A stretch of DNA of 64,000 bases from an uncultured delta proteobacterium. GTDB taxonomy: Bacteria; Desulfobacterota; RBG-13-43-22. Below are positions 59,043 to 64,000 of the stretch, piece after piece. Both the position numbers and the translations under genes were made by a program. Location: assembly GCA_963711835.1 (NCBI GenBank), contig CAVQFQ010000021.1, positions 160,001 through 224,000 of the forward strand, in the 5' to 3' direction. Positions within the stretch are counted from its first letter, which is position 1. Every line of letters begins with the position of its first letter. The notes beneath the pieces were generated by a model, which ran no database searches, was not told the origin of the DNA, and saw only the letters and a program-made list of their open reading frames with translations.

Positions 59043-61362
59043 TGCTTTTTTTCTTCACGTTGCCGATTTTGGCTGTCGGGTCCGGGTACTCGATCCGGTG
59101 ATGAAAGATGGCGTTTAATATCTTGGTAAAACTGACCTCGATTAAATTCAGGTCTTTTAGGGTCAGACCGCATTCATCCAGTTGCCCGTCTGAAAAGGCA
59201 TTCTGGATAATTTTTTTAACCAGGCCCTGAAGGCGGGACGGCGTCGGGTCCACCAGGGTCCTGGAAGCGGCTTCGGTTGCATCGGCCAGCATAACCAGCC
59301 CGGCCTCGCGGGTTTGAGGTTTGGGGCCGGGATACCGAAAGTCCTGCATGGAGACCTGATTCGGATCTCCCCCTTTCAACTCGACCGCTTTCTGATAAAA
59401 ATAAGAAATTAAACTGGTCCCATGATGCTGATTGATGATATCCACGATAGGAGTCTCCAGTTTAACCTGCCGGGCCATTTCCAGCCCGTCCTTGACATGG
59501 CCGATTAAGATCAGGCTGCTCATGGACGGGGCCAGTTTTTCATGTTTGTTTTCACCGCCGAGCTGGTTTTCAATGAAATAAAGAGGCTTGGGAATCTTGC
59601 CGATATCGTGATAATAGGCGCTGACCCTGGCCAGCAGGGACTTGGCCCCAATGGCTTCGGCAGCCGCCTCGACCATATTCCCGACAATGACGCTGTGGTA
59701 ATAGGTCCCGGGGGCCTTGAGCATCAATTCCCGCATCAGGGGTTGATCCATATTGGCTTTTTCCAACAAGGTCATGTCCGTGGTATACCCGAAGATCTTT
59801 TCCACCAGGGGGCTGAATCCGGTCACCACAATCCCGGCCATGATGCCGCCCAGCAAGGCGAATAGAAGGTTCAGGGGCGTTTCAAACTGGATCAATCTGC
59901 CGTTCATGATTTGGCGGGCCAAGGCGCTGGCCATATTGATCAACCCTAAGGCTCCTCCCAGATGGATCAGATCCCAGCGATTGTGGCAGATATTTTGACA
60001 GCGGGAGGCATAGAGGCCCCCAATGGTAAAGTAGAGGGCCAAACCCGGACCCCCTTCCAGAAATAAAACCACCGGAAAGGCCTGGATCAGGGCAAACAGG
60101 ATAGCCGGCATGGGTCCCAAAACCAGCCCCACCAGCATCGGGGCCGCCGCCAAAGGTATGGCCAGGAGGACATTTTGAGGATTAATATTCGCCAGGCCGC
60201 CGACCAGAATTTGGGAGACGAAGTCGGCGGTCCGGATGCTAAGAAAAGATGCGGCCAGCAGGGACGTTAAAAAAATCAGGTCCCGCAAACTATCGGTCAG
60301 GATCCTCCCCCCCCGCAACACATTATGATAGACCATAAAGACGAACAATCCCCAGAGCAGTGCCAGACCGATCGAGGTGGATAGGGCTTCCCGTCCGGTT
60401 TGGCTTCTGGTGGCCATCCGGATTTTGGCTAACTGGTTCTCATTAATCCTTTCCCCTTCCCGGACAATGACTTCTCCCCTTTTAATTTGAAACAGCACCG
60501 GGCGCACTTCCTGAACCGCCTTACTTTTTCGATCCTGGGTCTCGGCGGCATTTAAAATGAGATTGGGGACGATCATTTTTTGGGCCAGGCCGACGGCGAC
60601 CCTCCTCATGGGCCGATTCTCCCCGGTGAAGATATAGGCGGATCTTTTATCAATCTGATCTCGGGCTTCATTCGGGTCCGGAAATCTTTCCAGTTCTTTA
60701 ACTCGAAGCTCTTGTTTGGAAGGCAACTTTCGAATAATGATCCCCTTCCCCTGCTCGTTCATCAAGAGCATTTTATTATTGACTACTCCTACACCCAAAA
60801 TGGGTTGAACCAGTTGGATCAGGTTTTTTTCAAAGGTCTCGGAGAATCGGTCCCGGAGCAAAGCCGAAAATTCTTCCGGGCTGATTTCAATCCCCCAGAT
60901 TTTCTCCAGTTCGCGGCGCTTCTCTCTTTCTCCGTTGGATAACCCGGAGGCTGTTTTTTGCAGGCCGGCCCGTAAGGCCTGAAACCCTTGCCGGATCCGC
61001 TTGTGCAATTCCTCTCCGGCTCTTTCATCAAAATCATAGAGGACTAAAGTGCCGTGGGCTGTTTCCTGTCGTTTTATTTCGGTGCCCTCCCCATCCTCTA
61101 CCAACATATCCCGGGTGGCCTTGACCTCAAAAGAAACCGTCTCGCCGATCCGGTAGGTATGGGTCGGGATAAAAAGACTGGGGGCATTAACCAGGGCCAA
61201 AAAAAGACAGAAGAGAAATAAGATGAAAAATTTTTCCCGCGAAAGAGAAAGAAGCGTTGTCCAGACCTGTTTTAGTTGATCTTTAAGCGGTACCTGTTTG
61301 GGCCCCGGTAAACGGGGAACCCGGGAAGATCGTAATTTGGCTTCCTTGTCTGATTTTTCCAC
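58948..61362 (-). CDS. 7TM-HD (HDIG) phosphohydrolase, PgpH-like
   Basis: Extracellular domain, multiple TMs, APGTYYHS, YHDIGK, HHGT, MLAD; start estimated. Confidence 0.9.
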   Translation of the reverse strand: MEKSDKEAKLRSSRVPRLPGPKQVPLKDQLKQVWTTLLSLSREKFFILFLFCLFLALVNAPSLFIPTHTYRIGETVSFEVKATRDMLVEDGEGTEIKRQETAHGTLVLYDFDERAGEELHKRIRQGFQALRAGLQKTASGLSNGEREKRRELEKIWGIEISPEEFSALLRDRFSETFEKNLIQLVQPILGVGVVNNKMLLMNEQGKGIIIRKLPSKQELRVKELERFPDPNEARDQIDKRSAYIFTGENRPMRRVAVGLAQKMIVPNLILNAAETQDRKSKAVQEVRPVLFQIKRGEVIVREGERINENQLAKIRMATRSQTGREALSTSIGLALLWGLFVFMVYHNVLRGGRILTDSLRDLIFLTSLLAASFLSIRTADFVSQILVGGLANINPQNVLLAIPLAAAPMLVGLVLGPMPAILFALIQAFPVVLFLEGGPGLALYFTIGGLYASRCQNICHNRWDLIHLGGALGLINMASALARQIMNGRLIQFETPLNLLFALLGGIMAGIVVTGFSPLVEKIFGYTTDMTLLEKANMDQPLMRELMLKAPGTYYHSVIVGNMVEAAAEAIGAKSLLARVSAYYHDIGKIPKPLYFIENQLGGENKHEKLAPSMSSLILIGHVKDGLEMARQVKLETPIVDIINQHHGTSLISYFYQKAVELKGGDPNQVSMQDFRYPGPKPQTREAGLVMLADATEAASRTLVDPTPSRLQGLVKKIIQNAFSDGQLDECGLTLKDLNLIEVSFTKILNAIFHHRIEYPDPTAKIGNVKKKSNGDSDKQSSGIDRPGRDREGYPANPKSLGLS

Positions 61363-61384
61363 GCCGGTCTCTCCCCGCCCCTGT

Positions 61385-62386
61385 TCAATTCTTTTGCTTT
61401 TTTTTCTCCAAGGCTTCATAGGCCTCGATGATTTCCTGAACCAAAGGATGGCGGATGACATCCCTTTTGGAGAAAGTTACAAAAGCAATCCCTTCGACCC
61501 CTTGCAGCAGCCCCTGGGCCTCGACCAATCCGGAAGTCTTACCCTCGGGCAGATCGATCTGGGTAATATCCCCGGTAATGACGGCCTTGGAGCTGAATCC
61601 CAGTCGGGTCAGAAACATCTTCATCTGTTCCGTGGTGGTATTCTGGGCTTCATCCAGAATGACGAAGGAATCGTTCAGCGTGCGGCCTCTCATAAAGGCC
61701 AAGGGTGCCACCTCGATAACCCCGCGCTGAACCAGTTTAGAGGCCTTTTCAAAATTCATCATATCATAAAGGGCATCGTATAAGGGGCGAAGATAGGGAT
61801 TGACCTTTTCGTAGAGATCGCCGGGAAGAAACCCCAGTTTCTCCCCCGCTTCCACGGCCGGCCTGGCCAGGACAATCCGGATCACCTCGTTCTTCATCAG
61901 GGCCGCAATAGCCATGGACATGGCCAAGTAGGTTTTTCCGGTACCGGCCGGCCCGATTCCAAAAACAATATCAAAGTTTCGGATGGCTTCGATGTAATCC
62001 TTCTGGGTCTGAGTCTTGGGCGTGATAATCCGTTTCTGGGAGGTCACAAAAACCGCGTCCAGGAAGACATCCTGGAGACCGGCCTCTCCATTTTCCCGGA
62101 GAAAGCGGATGGCATAATCAATATCGTTGCCGTAAAGCGGATAGCCTTTTTCCAAGAGACGATAGAGTTCGGAAAACAACCTCCGAGCCAGCACCACATC
62201 GGGTTGGTCCCCGCGGATCTGAAGGGCATTGCCTTTGGTGGAAAGACGGAGCCCCAGCCGCTGCTCAATTAATTTAATGTGTTGATTATGTTCCCCGAAC
62301 AGAGTCTGAGCCAGTTGGTTGTTTTCAAAGCTCAGTCTTTCCACAGCCTCGGAATCTCCGATTTCAAAAGTCAACGGCTTTCCCAT
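61385..62386 (-). CDS. phoH: PhoH family ATPase
   Basis: GPAGTGKTYLA, RPAVEAGEKLGFLPGD, LAFMRGRT, LDEAQN. Confidence 0.95.
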   Translation of the reverse strand: MGKPLTFEIGDSEAVERLSFENNQLAQTLFGEHNQHIKLIEQRLGLRLSTKGNALQIRGDQPDVVLARRLFSELYRLLEKGYPLYGNDIDYAIRFLRENGEAGLQDVFLDAVFVTSQKRIITPKTQTQKDYIEAIRNFDIVFGIGPAGTGKTYLAMSMAIAALMKNEVIRIVLARPAVEAGEKLGFLPGDLYEKVNPYLRPLYDALYDMMNFEKASKLVQRGVIEVAPLAFMRGRTLNDSFVILDEAQNTTTEQMKMFLTRLGFSSKAVITGDITQIDLPEGKTSGLVEAQGLLQGVEGIAFVTFSKRDVIRHPLVQEIIEAYEALEKKKQKN

Positions 62387-62736
62387 CCCTTAAGTTTCAG
62401 ATGATCCTAATCAAACCTCCCCAGGAAGGAAGGCCTCATACCCACCGGCCTGATCTGACTGAAAACCGGGGGGCTTTAGGTTAATGATCTGTATTATAGC
62501 ATATTTTTTTTAATCCATATTATTTTTAACCCCTTCGAGCCGACCCGCGGCCGGATCCGGGGGAAGCCCGCCTACTAAAATCCTTGACTAATCGCCTTCC
62601 CTTTGTTACCAGAATAGAAGGGTCCCTTTCATTTGATTTCATCCCGGCGTGCCGAGGACCGGGGGCCCTTGCTTGTTGGGCAAATTCTTAGGGGTTACGA
62701 GGGCACTTCCTCGACAAGAGGATCCGGAAAGGGGTT

Positions 62737-63318
62737 TTGATGAATTTGTTTGATATCGGCATCCTGCTGGTCATGGCCCTTTTTACCGTACGCGGTTTCG
62801 TCCGGGGGATTATTCAGGAGGCGGCCACACTGATCGGCGTCATTGTAAGCTTTTTTTTGGCCGCCTTCTATTACAGTCAGGCCGCCCGTCTTCTGGCCTC
62901 CACCTTTCCCAATCACCATATTTTGCTGTCTTTCTTTTGCTTTGTCTTCCTCTTTGGCTTTTGCTGGCTGCTGTTTCATTTTCTGGGGATCATGGCCAAA
63001 AAGATGGTCCGTTTGACTCTCCTGGGCTGGGTCGACCGGGGCTTTGGCGGGGTTTTCGGCCTCCTCAAGGGGGCTATTATCATCTTTATCCTGGTCTCTC
63101 TTTTGACCTTTTTTATGCCCAAGAGCAAAACCATTGTCGGCAACTCCCGCTTATATCCCCAGGTCCTGGCCATTAACCAGAAGCTTACCCTCCTAATCCC
63201 CTCCCGGGTATCGGAAGATTATTTTGCCAGGAAAAGGGAACTGCGGGAATACTGGGAAGCCAAGGAACAAAATATTCGAAAATTACAGCGACTCCCCCTG
63301 AATGACAAATCCAAATAA
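62737..63318 (+). CDS. cvpA: CvpA family membrane protein
   Basis: GFVRGII.E, LGWVDRGFGGVFGLLKG. Confidence 0.88.
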   Translation: MMNLFDIGILLVMALFTVRGFVRGIIQEAATLIGVIVSFFLAAFYYSQAARLLASTFPNHHILLSFFCFVFLFGFCWLLFHFLGIMAKKMVRLTLLGWVDRGFGGVFGLLKGAIIIFILVSLLTFFMPKSKTIVGNSRLYPQVLAINQKLTLLIPSRVSEDYFARKRELREYWEAKEQNIRKLQRLPLNDKSK

Positions 63319-64000
63319 ATCCCCCGTAACCCTGGATGATCTCAGGGCCTTGATGGCCCGCTTGCGCAGTCCGGAAGGCTGTCCCTGGGATCGGAAGCAG
63401 GACCGACATAGTTTAAAAATATATCTCCTGGAAGAAGGCTATGAACTGGCCGAGGCCCTGGATCATGGGGACCCGGAGGAGGTTAAGGAAGAATTAGGGG
63501 ATCTGTTATTCCAAATCGTCTTTCTTTCAGGCTTGTATGAGGAACAGGGGGACTTTGATCTCCCCCAGGTCCTTCAAACCATTTATCAGAAGATGGTCCG
63601 CCGCCATCCCCACGTTTTCGGCGATCAGAGATGGAAAAACCCGGAAGAGGTCGTTCAAGGCTGGCAGGCCATTAAAGCCCAAGAAAAAGACCAGGCGGAT
63701 CCTTTCGTATCCGTTCCCGTGGCCCTGCCCTCTCTCTTAAAAGCCCACCGGATTTCCCAGAGAGCGGCCGGCCTTGGTTTTGATTGGCCTGATATAGCCG
63801 GGGTAATCGAAAAAGTTAAAGAGGAACTGGGAGAATTGGAAGAGGCTATACGGGATAACAACCTGCCGGCCGCCCAAGAAGAATTAGGGGATCTCCTTTT
63901 CACCGCGGTCAATCTGGGCAGGTTTTTAGGGATCCAGGCGGAAAATGCCTTGAGGCTGACCCTGCAGAAATTTTTAAAACGGTTTCGGGCCATGCTCTCC
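63302..64000 (+). CDS. mazG: Nucleoside triphosphate pyrophosphohydrolase MazG (runs off window)
   Basis: LRSPEGCPWDRKQ, EELGDLLFQ, RRHPHVF, GFDW, second EELGDLLF. Confidence 0.93.
   Translation, partial: MTNPNKSPVTLDDLRALMARLRSPEGCPWDRKQDRHSLKIYLLEEGYELAEALDHGDPEEVKEELGDLLFQIVFLSGLYEEQGDFDLPQVLQTIYQKMVRRHPHVFGDQRWKNPEEVVQGWQAIKAQEKDQADPFVSVPVALPSLLKAHRISQRAAGLGFDWPDIAGVIEKVKEELGELEEAIRDNNLPAAQEELGDLLFTAVNLGRFLGIQAENALRLTLQKFLKRFRAMLS

Overview
64 kb of GC-rich bacterial chromosome. Gene content and intergenic repeats suggest an anaerobic deltaproteobacterium (Desulfobacterota-like); this is inference. Housekeeping genes include gpmA, pgi, rarA, livHMGF, an EF-G paralogue, ettA, bioB, phoH, an HD-family hydrolase, a ybeY-pdxJ in-frame ORF, cvpA and mazG. 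A ~18 kb catabolic cluster (28.4-46.5 kb) encodes a CoA-transferase III, a split B12 mutase, hydantoinase/oxoprolinase A+B, a PaaK-like ligase, a TRAP transporter, a XDH-family Mo enzyme and an ACP/ligase/PPTase trio. Best unannotated signals: (1) a complete sigma54 transcription unit with no ORF (UAS palindrome, IHF-like site, -24/-12, ~68-nt CU-rich anti-SD RNA, terminator) directly behind a histidine kinase/NtrC pair; (2) a ~215-240 bp structured repeat family (3 full copies, 1 partial) with covarying closing stems; (3) twin hairpins with exactly complementary 7-nt loops; (4) a YcaO-TPR/YkgJ/small-protein operon with no TfuA or obvious precursor peptide. A dense frameshift patch at 31-34 kb looks more like assembly error than real decay. 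No rRNA, tRNA, CRISPR array or transposase was seen.
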